A stretch of 64,000 nt of DNA from contig JBKQID010000065.1 in assembly GCA_052148475.1 (NCBI GenBank), forward strand, positions 10,246 to 74,245, written 5' to 3'. This document shows positions 27,933 to 36,842 of the stretch, in pieces. The position numbers were made by a program, and so were the translations under genes. The notes under the pieces were generated by a model. That model had not been told where the DNA came from and ran no database searches. It worked only from the letters and a program-made list of their open reading frames with translations. The stretch comes from Candidatus Sulfotelmatobacter sp. (lineage in GTDB: Bacteria; Acidobacteriota; Terriglobia; Terriglobales; Acidobacteriaceae). Position 1 is the stretch's first letter. Every line of letters begins with the position of its first letter.

Positions 27933-28061
27933 GCCGCCGGCCGCAAACCCAGGACACTACGGAAATAGCCCGGGCTGATCTTCTATTGATCTTAACCGCT
28001 CGACTAAGAAAGAGGCCCGGGATGGGGCCGCGCATGATGGTGACGCCGTGAGCGATCCTGC

Positions 28062-28877
28062 TTAAGCGGCCTGCACAATGGAGTTGCGTATCGCATATCG
28101 AACCAGGCCGGCAACTGAGTGGACATCGAGCTTGTGCATCACATTGGTGCGATGAGTCTCGATGGTCTTCACGCTCAGATTCAACAGTACGGCGGCTTCC
28201 TTACTGCTACTGCCTTCGGCCAATAGCTGCACCACTTCGCGTTCCCGCGCCGTCAATCGATCTCTCATCGTATTCCCGCGATCGGCGTCGTTGCGGTGCA
28301 GGTAGCCGTCAAGCATCATCCTCGCCGCACGCGCCGTGAAGAAGGTGGCACGCCTCTGTAATGCCTCAACCGCCAACAACAGGTTTTGCGCCGCGTCGGA
28401 CTTCAGAATGAATCCACGAGCTCCGGTTTCGAGAACCTGGCGGATCAATTCGTCCGACTCGTACAACGTGAAGATAAGGATTGGTGTTCCAGGTCTTTCC
28501 TTGAGAATTTGGCGTGCGGCATCCATCCCGTTCAGTGTCGGCATGGCTACGTCCATTACGACCAAGTCCGGCTTCAGTTCCGCTACTTTGGCCACTGCTT
28601 CTCGACCATCGCGCGCTTCGCCGCAGACCGTCCATCCCGGATGGGTTTCCAGCAGGGTGCGAACACCGCAGCGCACGACATCGTGGTCGTCCGCAATCAG
28701 GATTCGGAATGACTTCGCAGTCCGGCTCTCGTTGGTCAAGTGGCTGGGGACGGGCCGGGGTGCGACCGATGCCGACCAGACCTCTTGAGGGAGTTGCTCA
28801 CCGCGGAAAAGCGGTTTGCCGCCGTTGCCGATCGGGGCGTGCTCGGGAGATACGCGAATACCACTAGGGTTAGACAT
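28062..28877 (-). CDS. LuxR/NarL-family response regulator
   Basis: The receiver has a canonical DD (ILIADDHD), D (LVVMDVAMP), T (IFTLYES) and K (ILKSD). The C-terminal HTH is LTAREREVVQLLAEGSSSKEAAVLLNLSVKTIETHRTNVMHKL. A 55-aa N-terminal extension is present. Confidence 0.9.
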   Translation of the reverse strand: MSNPSGIRVSPEHAPIGNGGKPLFRGEQLPQEVWSASVAPRPVPSHLTNESRTAKSFRILIADDHDVVRCGVRTLLETHPGWTVCGEARDGREAVAKVAELKPDLVVMDVAMPTLNGMDAARQILKERPGTPILIFTLYESDELIRQVLETGARGFILKSDAAQNLLLAVEALQRRATFFTARAARMMLDGYLHRNDADRGNTMRDRLTAREREVVQLLAEGSSSKEAAVLLNLSVKTIETHRTNVMHKLDVHSVAGLVRYAIRNSIVQAA

Positions 28878-28956
28878 AAAAGAAATCTAACATCAGGGGC
28901 CATTCCCATTCTGGTCAATACGAGACACTAATCTTTATTCTCGTTCGACGCGGCAG

Positions 28957-30477
28957 TTGACAAAAATGGGTTGGCAAGTGGTCAATATTGCCCAGCTTTT
29001 CCCTGAGGTCCAAGGTAGCTTTCCTGTACTGGCCAATCCCATGGGACACAACCAACGTTTTAGCCGTTTGGAGGGCGTTCTGAACAACAGTGAACTGCGC
29101 GCCCGGCCTCACCGGACGCGAGATCCAGGAATCGAGAGCAAAGCTTTCCGATTCCTGGCGCGTGTGATGGCGAATTCTCCGCAACAACTGGGGGACACAC
29201 TGGTTCGGCTGGCGCTGGAACTTTGCCGGGCGGGCACGGCCGGTATCAGCCTGGTCGAAACGGTTCCGGGGAGCGAGCCAATCTCTCGTTGGACCAGTTT
29301 GGCGGGGTTGCTCAAGAAGGACGTCGGAGGTTTCACTCCGCAAAACTTCAATCGGTGCGGGGTGTCTCTCGACCGCAGGGCGCCGCAACTGTTCTTGTGT
29401 CCCGCGAGACATTTCCCTTTTCTCAACGACTTTCCGGTGCCGTTCGTAGAAGCTTTGGTAGTTCCTCTCATGGGGCCAGGTCCGGCCGGCGCGATTTGGA
29501 TTTTTTCTCACGAAGAAGGCATGGTTTTCGATTCCGAAGACGTTCGCCTCCTGACGGATCTGGCTGACTTTACCAGCTCTGCTCTGCGTGTGATTCGACT
29601 CCTGGATGCGGAGCGTTCGGCACGACTCCACGCGACCAACGAACTTGCCAGACAGACTGCTGAGCTGAAAGTGCAAGTGGCGGAACGCAAAATGGCAGAG
29701 GAAAACCTGATGGAACTCACCGGCAGTTTGCTGCAGTTGCGAGATGAAGAACATAGGCGGGTGGCCCGTGAATTGCACGACAGCGTGGGTCAATTCCTGG
29801 TAGCAATGTCGATGAATCAGGGTAGAGCATTGGCGGAGAAGCATCTGAGTCCGATGGGAGCGAGAGCTATTTCTGAGAACACAGCAATACTGGCGCAAGT
29901 CTCGCGGGAAATCCGCACGATCTCTCATCTGCTGTACCCCCCGCTTCTGGATGAGGTGGGATTGGCGCCGGGGATACGGGAATATCTCGAAGGATTCGCG
30001 GAACGCAGCCGCATGAAGGTTCAGTTTGAGATTGCAGAGGATTTTGGGCGATTGCCACGCGACCTGGAGACGGCTCTGTTTCGCATCGTGCAGGAAGGCC
30101 TGACCAACGTTCATAGGCATTCCGAAAGCCGGACTGTGACCATACGTATTGTGCGCTCTTCACGCCAGGTTTCGCTGGCCATAGCGGACTCCGGAACGGG
30201 AATCCCAAGACAGAAAGTCCGTGAGATCGAAGCTGGGCGAGCGTCCGGTGTCGGGCTTCGCGGGATGCGAGAACGCGTGCGGCAACTGGGTGGCAGTTTC
30301 AGGATTCGCTCGAGTCACAAAGGCACGGTGGTAGCGGTCCGGCTGCCCTTGGAGGCTACGACGGATTCAGGCCAGAATGACTTTGTGGCGCCTGCAGTCT
30401 TGGTCGCACCCTCTAGTTTGTCAAACCCGGAATCGTGGCGCGGAAATCAAATACCGCAACAGACCTCAGACCGCTAA
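28957..30477 (+). CDS. Cytoplasmic GAF-domain sensor histidine kinase (HisKA_3/NarX type)
   Basis: The H-box is ARELHDSVGQFL, the N-box is QEGLTNVHRHS, and the G-boxes are IADSGTGI and GVGLRGMRERV. I saw no TM segment. The start is TTG 28957 or ATG 28966. Confidence 0.9.
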   Translation: MTKMGWQVVNIAQLFPEVQGSFPVLANPMGHNQRFSRLEGVLNNSELRARPHRTRDPGIESKAFRFLARVMANSPQQLGDTLVRLALELCRAGTAGISLVETVPGSEPISRWTSLAGLLKKDVGGFTPQNFNRCGVSLDRRAPQLFLCPARHFPFLNDFPVPFVEALVVPLMGPGPAGAIWIFSHEEGMVFDSEDVRLLTDLADFTSSALRVIRLLDAERSARLHATNELARQTAELKVQVAERKMAEENLMELTGSLLQLRDEEHRRVARELHDSVGQFLVAMSMNQGRALAEKHLSPMGARAISENTAILAQVSREIRTISHLLYPPLLDEVGLAPGIREYLEGFAERSRMKVQFEIAEDFGRLPRDLETALFRIVQEGLTNVHRHSESRTVTIRIVRSSRQVSLAIADSGTGIPRQKVREIEAGRASGVGLRGMRERVRQLGGSFRIRSSHKGTVVAVRLPLEATTDSGQNDFVAPAVLVAPSSLSNPESWRGNQIPQQTSDR

Positions 30478-30784
30478 TAAACCTACGTTAAAGTGCGCCC
30501 AATGATAGTTCGACGCCCTGGCTCGACCAATTCTGCAGAGAATGATCAAGGCCCGGAGAGCGGCAAACTGCCGGGCGGATTCGAAATATGTATGCCGTCC
30601 ATCAAAATGACAAGCAACCCTCGCAATGCTTTGCACAACTAAATGACGCACCACAATGTGTGGGGACTGCGCGAAGGGCATTGTCCAAGGTTTTCACGAA
30701 CCCATAGGGAGAATTTGTGCATGCCTGGTCGCGGAGTGTGCCGGCGGACGCCGTTCGAGGCCAAGAGTGAATGGTGGGATAACC

Positions 30785-31210
30785 ATGCGATGGCGGATGT
30801 TAGTGATCTGCTCCACTGAGAATCGTCAGGTGATCGAAAGCGCGATTTTGGAGTGGTCGCTGGAGGTCTGTTGGTGCTTAACGTTGCAGGAAGCTCGCCG
30901 CGGCCTGCGACGGGGAAATCATGCACTGGTGTTGTGCGAAGCGGAGCTGCCCGATGGGACCTATGAGGACGTGATGACGTTAATACAGCGCAAGCTAGAC
31001 CAGATCCGCGTCATCGTCCTGGCTGAATCGCACTCGGAGGATGGCTACCGCCAGGCGATCGAATTGGGCGCGTTCGACGTGATTTCTGCTCCTTACAGGC
31101 GAACCGATGTTCAATGGATTATCATGCAGGCCGTCCAGAGCCATCCCGCCACCATCGCCGCTTCGAAAAAAGGTGGAACTCCGGGAGGCCATTCCCTCGC
31201 GTTCGCCTGA
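30785..31210 (+). CDS. Stand-alone degenerate receiver (pseudo-receiver) domain protein
   Basis: The start is an internal ATG at 30785 in ORF 30656..31210. The protein aligns by eye to CheY-like receivers, but the conserved DD/D/T/K positions read ST / E / A / A (VICSTEN, LVLCEAELPDG, VIVLAES, DVISAPY). Confidence 0.6.
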   Translation: MRWRMLVICSTENRQVIESAILEWSLEVCWCLTLQEARRGLRRGNHALVLCEAELPDGTYEDVMTLIQRKLDQIRVIVLAESHSEDGYRQAIELGAFDVISAPYRRTDVQWIIMQAVQSHPATIAASKKGGTPGGHSLAFA

Positions 31211-31449
31211 CCACCTGACCAGGTAAGAATCAAAAGCTTGCTCGGAAGTGGAATGCGGCCAAGCTTGGGCGGCGCACAATCGCTTGGGCGCGACCAGAAT
31301 TGTTTGCGCCTTGATTGAGCAGGCGCGCTACTCCGTCACGAACGCGCTCCTGGTCAACTGCCTTTCTCTCGACACACAACCGTCTGGGTACTCACTTTCA
31401 TCCAAATTCGTACTCTTACTCTTCTATTCTTCCCAGGAGTAACACGCCC

Positions 31450-34068
31450 ATGAAGTCTCGGTTAACGTTTTGGTTGACGTTGCTGTCTGCCCTGCCCATC
31501 CTTCCACTGACCAGTTGCGTAAGTGCGGGCGGTGGTTCGCAGACGCAGCCTCTAACCTACCAGTTAACCGTCACGGCCCCGGCCGTGGGTGCGGGAACCG
31601 TGACCAGCAGCCCGGCTGGGATTAACTGTCCCACCACGTGCAGCGCCAGCTTTAATCAAAATACGCAAATCACGCTGACCGCAACCGCGGGCAGCAACTA
31701 TTTCTTCGGCGGATGGAGCGGCGGCTGTTCGGGCACCAGCACCTGCAACCTGACCCTGACTGCCCCCGCGAGCGTTACCGCTACGTTCAATCCCGGTGAC
31801 GGATTGACCGTGGCGATGGCGGGGACGGGCACGGGAACCATTACCAGCAGTCCGGCAGGAATCAACTGCCCGACTACGTGCTCCGCGAGTTTTCCGCAGA
31901 GTAGTCAGGTCGCGCTGAGCGAAACTCCCGGAACGAATAGTACCTTCGCTGGTTGGAGTGGTGCGTGTACGGGAACGGCGGCCTGCAGCGTCACCGTGGC
32001 TGCAGCGGACGCCGTGACTGCGACCTTCAGTTCCACGTCTCCCAGTTATGCAGTGACCGTGACTGAGGCGGGGACGGGCACGGGAACCGTGACCAGCAGC
32101 CCAGCCGGAATCAATTGCCCGACTACATGCTCTGCGAGTTTCACGCAGAATACCCAGGTCACGCTGAGCGAAACTCTGGGAACGAACAGTACCTTTGCCG
32201 GTTGGAGTGGCGCGTGTACGGGAACGGCAGCCTGCAGCGTCACCGTGACCGCAGCGGAATCCGTGACTGCGACCTTCAACTCCGGTAACCCCTACGCTGC
32301 CCTGAATCACATCATCCTCTTCGCCCAGGAGAATCGGTCTTTAGATCATTACTTTGGCGCCATGCTGGGATACTGGTCGGCGAATGGATATGGTACGAAG
32401 GGGCAGACCTTCAACGGGCTGCCGCAGTTTAATCCGCCGGTTAACGGCGTAACCCCAGCGCCACCCACGAACCCGGGCTGCGATCCGACTGTTACCGATG
32501 GCTGTACTCCGAACCCCAGCTATCCCGTGAGTTCCTTTCATTTCGCATCCGAGTGTACGGAAGAGCAGAGCCCCTTCTGGAACGAGGCCCATAACAATTG
32601 GGACTACACCAACCAAGCTGATCAACCCTCCGAAAATCCTCCGCCGCTGAACGGATTTGTTTACACCGCCGCGTATGACGCCGAATATCAAGTCCCTCCG
32701 CTCATGGACGTCAACGGGGTACGAGCCATGGGTTATTTTGACTGGACGGACCTGAATTACTACTACTTCATGGCCTCCAATTTCGGGACCTCGGACACCT
32801 GGTTTGCTCCGCTGATGGATCGAACCCAGCTCAACCGCATGTACATGCTGGCCGCCACTTCCGCCGGACACGCGTATCCCCTGGCAGCCCCGGAGGGCCC
32901 CCTCGTCAATGAAACTATTTTCGAAGCCCTGCAGAATGCCGGCATCACCTGGAAGATTTATGTCAACTCTGAGGCCACCATTAATCCGATCACCGGCGCC
33001 GCATGTAACAACGACATTTCGGACGCAAACGCGGAGTGCCTTATCGAAAGCTCCTATATAAATATGTTCACTTACGAACAGACGATCATCAATAGCGCCG
33101 GCCAGACTCCGGACTTGTTGCAGAATATAGTCCCGGTGACACAATTTTCTGTCGACGCGGCGAATGGGACGTTGCCCCAATTCGCGCTGATTGAACCCGC
33201 CTCTGCCGCGTCACTCGATGAGCACCCCAACGATCTCGATACTTCTACCCCCGCCGACGTCCAGCTAGGAGCTAACTACGCAGCCGGTCTGATCAACGAC
33301 CTTATGGCAAGCCCCAATTGGACGGACTCGGCCATGATTTTCACCTTCGACGAAGGCGGTGGTCTTTACGACCACGTGCCACCGCAACCGGCGACACCTC
33401 CTGGCGACTATCTATCGCCGTTCGATCTGAACCCCGCGCTCAACGATATCTGCACCAAGCCCGGCCAGGAGCTCGGACAAGGAACTTGTGATTTCGCGTG
33501 GACCGGGTATCGGGTGCCGCTGATCGTGATTTCGCCTTATTCCGTGAAGAACTTCGTCTCTCACCATGTTCGCGACACCACAGCCGTGCTCAAGATGGTT
33601 GAGACCCGCTTCGGCCTGCCGGCCCTCACCGCACGCGACGGCTCTCAAATGGACATGACCGAGTTTTTTGATTTTGTGAACAAGCCCTGGGCTAGTCCTC
33701 CAACGCCGCCCACTCAAGTGACGGACGGTGAGTGTAGTCTGGTTCCGCCACCCAGTTGGAACGATCCTCCTGCCTTAGTGGTTACAATCTCGGGCGCTAC
33801 AGGCTCCGGGTCGGTCGCGGGCAATCTGGGGAACATTACTCAGTGCACGCCCGGCGGGGACGGTTGTTTTGGCTCATTTGCCTATGGCACCGACGTCATC
33901 CTTACCGCAACCCCGAACAGCGGATACACTTTTGCGGGATGGAACGGCGCCGACTGCAGCGGCACTGCCACTTGTTCAATTACGGTTACTGCCAACACGT
34001 CGGTGACTGCGACGTTCACGACAAATGCGCCGGCGACGGCCCGTGTATCTGGTGGGACGCGTCCATAG
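31450..34068 (+). CDS. Lipoprotein of the phosphoesterase family (phospholipase C/acid phosphatase AcpA-like) flanked by divergent InlB B-repeat domains
   Basis: The start is ATG 31450, with MKSRLTFWLTLLSALPILPLTSC as signal plus lipobox. Three N-terminal copies and one C-terminal copy of GTVTSSPAGINCPTTCSASF...F.GWSG.C.GT..C.V.. are present. The catalytic core motifs are ILFAQENRSLDHYFG and FTFDEGGGLYDHVPP. Confidence 0.85.
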   Translation: MKSRLTFWLTLLSALPILPLTSCVSAGGGSQTQPLTYQLTVTAPAVGAGTVTSSPAGINCPTTCSASFNQNTQITLTATAGSNYFFGGWSGGCSGTSTCNLTLTAPASVTATFNPGDGLTVAMAGTGTGTITSSPAGINCPTTCSASFPQSSQVALSETPGTNSTFAGWSGACTGTAACSVTVAAADAVTATFSSTSPSYAVTVTEAGTGTGTVTSSPAGINCPTTCSASFTQNTQVTLSETLGTNSTFAGWSGACTGTAACSVTVTAAESVTATFNSGNPYAALNHIILFAQENRSLDHYFGAMLGYWSANGYGTKGQTFNGLPQFNPPVNGVTPAPPTNPGCDPTVTDGCTPNPSYPVSSFHFASECTEEQSPFWNEAHNNWDYTNQADQPSENPPPLNGFVYTAAYDAEYQVPPLMDVNGVRAMGYFDWTDLNYYYFMASNFGTSDTWFAPLMDRTQLNRMYMLAATSAGHAYPLAAPEGPLVNETIFEALQNAGITWKIYVNSEATINPITGAACNNDISDANAECLIESSYINMFTYEQTIINSAGQTPDLLQNIVPVTQFSVDAANGTLPQFALIEPASAASLDEHPNDLDTSTPADVQLGANYAAGLINDLMASPNWTDSAMIFTFDEGGGLYDHVPPQPATPPGDYLSPFDLNPALNDICTKPGQELGQGTCDFAWTGYRVPLIVISPYSVKNFVSHHVRDTTAVLKMVETRFGLPALTARDGSQMDMTEFFDFVNKPWASPPTPPTQVTDGECSLVPPPSWNDPPALVVTISGATGSGSVAGNLGNITQCTPGGDGCFGSFAYGTDVILTATPNSGYTFAGWNGADCSGTATCSITVTANTSVTATFTTNAPATARVSGGTRP
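31585..32280 (+). repeat. Three tandem intragenic InlB-B-type repeat units of about 83 codons each
   Basis: The units lie at about 31585..31792, 31822..32030 and 32071..32280. Units 2 and 3 are close to 90 percent identical at DNA level by eye, with a 249-bp period. A fourth, diverged unit lies at about 33778..34020. Confidence 0.85.
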
Positions 34069-34132
34069 GCGGTGCCGGCTACGGCGTCTGAGGGTCTGGG
34101 ATCATTCCAGAATGATCCCCCAGAGTGGGATA

Positions 34133-35515
34133 ATGGCTTCCGTGAAAATCCAGCGGGCGTTTGTGCTGTGCTTTGTGTTTTTTTCGTTTTCCTCTTGCCT
34201 GGCAGCGACTCGGCACTACTACATCGCCGCAGAAGATGTCACCTGGAACTACGCCCCCAGCGGCCACAATCTGCTCACGGCCGCGCCTATCCGGCAACCG
34301 TGGCTTCAGCTGCAATGGCCGAAGACACGCTTCGTCGAATACACCGACAGCACCTTCACCACAACGAAACCGCAACCCGTATGGCTGGGAATTCTCGGGC
34401 CCGTGATTCGCGCGGAAGTGGGGGACGAAGTGGTTGTGGATTTTCTGAATCGCAGCCACCGCGGTCACGATATGCATCCTCATGGCTTGCGTTACGACAA
34501 AATCAACGAAGGTGCTTTATATCTGCCCGTGGCGAAAGGAGGCTTTGTCGCTCCCGGCGCGCGGTATACGTACCACTGGTTTGCCAACGAGGCCAGCGGT
34601 CCGGGGCCGGGGCAGCCCAGTTCGATCGTGTGGTGGTATCACGCGCACGTTGACGCGGCGATTGAGATCAATGCAGGGCTGCTCGGGCCGATCATCGTTA
34701 CGGCCAAAGGCAAAGCCAATCCCGATGGATCTCCCAAAGATGTTGACCGCGAATTTGTTGCCTCGTTCATGATCTTCAACGAAATGGGAGGCAAACCCGC
34801 AGGGCTGTTTTATGCCATCAACGGATTGATCTTTGGCAATCTTCCCGGCTTGACCATGAAGCAAGGAGAGAAAGTGCGCTGGTACTTGCTGGGCATGGGA
34901 AACGAGATCGACCTGCACACTCCGCACTGGCACGGCGAAACTGTCACCGATGGAGGCAGGAACACCGATGTGATCGAACTCCTTCCGGGAAGTATGAAGA
35001 CGGTTGACATGATCGCTGACAATCCTGGCACATGGATGTTGCATTGCCATGTGGAAGACCACATGGAGGGGGGAATGATGGCGATTTACATCATCGCGGC
35101 GACGCCCACGCGTGCTTGCCCGGTTGCGTTTGTGGGCGGAGATTTCTGGAAGGATCCGGTGAAGTTCACGCTGACCGTGAAGAACACTAGCAGCAAGACC
35201 ATTACAAGCTTACGGATCATGCCAGAGATGTTTTTGGCGCCGCAAGATTTGCGGCGGCCGTTCAACTCCGAGTGGTCCTCGGCGAAGCCCATTTTGCCCG
35301 GCCAGGAGCAAACTCTCGAAAAGCCGGGCATTCGCGCCGAGAGCGCCCAAGCCATCCTGGGCTGGGTGTTCTTTCCGCATTCGGTGAAGTACGAGGATGG
35401 AACCAGTTGGCTCGCGCAAAGCGAGGGCGAGTGCTTCGACGTGATATGGCGGGACCAGCAGCATCCCGATATGCCGGCCTTACCGCCGCGGCAGATCGAA
35501 ATGAATCCAGACTAG
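34133..35515 (+). CDS. Secreted ceruloplasmin-like two-domain multicopper oxidase with an extra C-terminal domain
   Basis: The start is ATG 34133 with signal peptide MASVKIQRAFVLCFVFFSFSSCLA. The copper motifs are HDMHPHGLRYDKINEGALY, WWYHAHV, HTPHWHG and HCHVEDHMEGGMM. About 110 additional residues follow the last motif. Confidence 0.85.
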   Translation: MASVKIQRAFVLCFVFFSFSSCLAATRHYYIAAEDVTWNYAPSGHNLLTAAPIRQPWLQLQWPKTRFVEYTDSTFTTTKPQPVWLGILGPVIRAEVGDEVVVDFLNRSHRGHDMHPHGLRYDKINEGALYLPVAKGGFVAPGARYTYHWFANEASGPGPGQPSSIVWWYHAHVDAAIEINAGLLGPIIVTAKGKANPDGSPKDVDREFVASFMIFNEMGGKPAGLFYAINGLIFGNLPGLTMKQGEKVRWYLLGMGNEIDLHTPHWHGETVTDGGRNTDVIELLPGSMKTVDMIADNPGTWMLHCHVEDHMEGGMMAIYIIAATPTRACPVAFVGGDFWKDPVKFTLTVKNTSSKTITSLRIMPEMFLAPQDLRRPFNSEWSSAKPILPGQEQTLEKPGIRAESAQAILGWVFFPHSVKYEDGTSWLAQSEGECFDVIWRDQQHPDMPALPPRQIEMNPD

Positions 35516-35598
35516 CCAAAGTCTCAAGAAGACTTCTCTCAAGAACCTCCTCTTGTCGACGCCGGGCTATGCCTGCGAGATGACCAGTTGCAGCCGGT

Positions 35599-36522
35599 TT
35601 AGAAACACTGAAAGTTGATGTTGACCTGTCCGGGCATCAACTGGTTCGAGATCGATGTATTCGTCAGTACCCAAACGGCTGCGGCCTTTGGATTTCCCTT
35701 CGTCGAATTGATGTAGTAGCGCCAGCGGATCCATCCATAGCTATGCTTGATGTGGTCCACCGGATTGACGTCTCTGTCTACACCGTAATCAAAGACCTCG
35801 CGAAACTGGCAGGAGTCGACTTTCCCGGAGACAGTGCAGCTGTACGTATATTGCAAGGGCAAGGTTGTGACGGAAAACGATTCTGGTGGATTTGCACGGT
35901 GGTCGGTGATAGTCATCTTCTCTGGGACTAGCACTTTCAGCCAAGCATAGTTGAGATCCTGGGCGTGACTTTGTTGTACCTGCTCGACGTAGGTGAAGTA
36001 GTTGGTATTGTTCGACAGGTTAGGAGGCGGCGGATTCCAGAGCGAACTGTTGGCTCCTCCCGGAGCCGCGCACCGGGCCGCCCACCGCATGGAGAAGTCG
36101 GCCGTGCTGTTCTGACTGCCATTATTCAATTTTCTGCAGCTGGTGGGATCGTTCCAGTAGTTGACCCCATTCCAGTCGTCCAGTTCCGTGACCCATTGAT
36201 AGATGTAATTGGAATCGTAAAGATTGATGTCCCAGGGATTCCCTTGCGGATTCTTCACGTAATACACTTTGGTCTGACTTTCATCCCAGATGGTATAGAC
36301 ATACGACGATGGCAGGCCGTTGGTGATCCCCTCCATGTGATAGCTGGATGCCAGCCCCGGGTCCATCATCATTACACTTAAGATGTCCCAATAGTCGTGC
36401 CCTGCCGGACAAGAGATCGTTGACTGAATCTGGGCGAAAGCGCGGGGTGCCAACGGCAAACACGCTGCCAGGGTCAGCAGTCCAAAGACTAGAGCGAATC
36501 TGCAGGTTCTCATTAAGGTCAC
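35599..36522 (-). CDS. Secreted hypothetical protein, Asn/Tyr/Trp-rich
   Basis: The signal peptide is MTLMRTCRFALVFGLLTLAACLPLAPRAFA. The ORF is long and uninterrupted, and no convincing ORF competes with it. I recognised no family. Confidence 0.65.
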   Translation of the reverse strand: MTLMRTCRFALVFGLLTLAACLPLAPRAFAQIQSTISCPAGHDYWDILSVMMMDPGLASSYHMEGITNGLPSSYVYTIWDESQTKVYYVKNPQGNPWDINLYDSNYIYQWVTELDDWNGVNYWNDPTSCRKLNNGSQNSTADFSMRWAARCAAPGGANSSLWNPPPPNLSNNTNYFTYVEQVQQSHAQDLNYAWLKVLVPEKMTITDHRANPPESFSVTTLPLQYTYSCTVSGKVDSCQFREVFDYGVDRDVNPVDHIKHSYGWIRWRYYINSTKGNPKAAAVWVLTNTSISNQLMPGQVNINFQCF

Positions 36523-36842
36523 CTCGCTTTTCCGTCTGCGCGATGGCCGGAGTGGCCGTCTTACGCGACGAGCGCCAAGAAACCACCAGGAGAGTTTGAT
36601 TGACTAGAATCTTCCTGAGATTGGTTGGGTCACGCTGGGCGCAATATAAGTCAGCGAGATGTCAATACACTAGATTACTGAAGTTTAGAAATAGAACCCG
36701 TAGTCCGTTTTGGGACGGACCCAGGGCCTGAGGAGAATGCTTAGTGGCTTTCGACGAGGTTGGAACAGAGGAGAAAGCGAGATGGCCGAAAGGGCACGAA
36801 CCGCAGGCCGGGTCTTAGAAGTGTGTGAACGGAAGAGGGGAT

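Noticed and set aside
30502-30642. A 46-codon plus-strand ORF in the gap between the kinase and the pseudo-receiver.
   Set aside because: It has no SD sequence, no motif and an unremarkable composition. I cannot support it.
36596-36609. TTGAT-tgac-TAGAA upstream of the 35599..36522 gene, considered as an FNR/CRP-family box next to the Crp-family regulator.
   Set aside because: Only the left half-site matches TTGAT-N4-ATCAA. The right half shares 2 of 5 positions.
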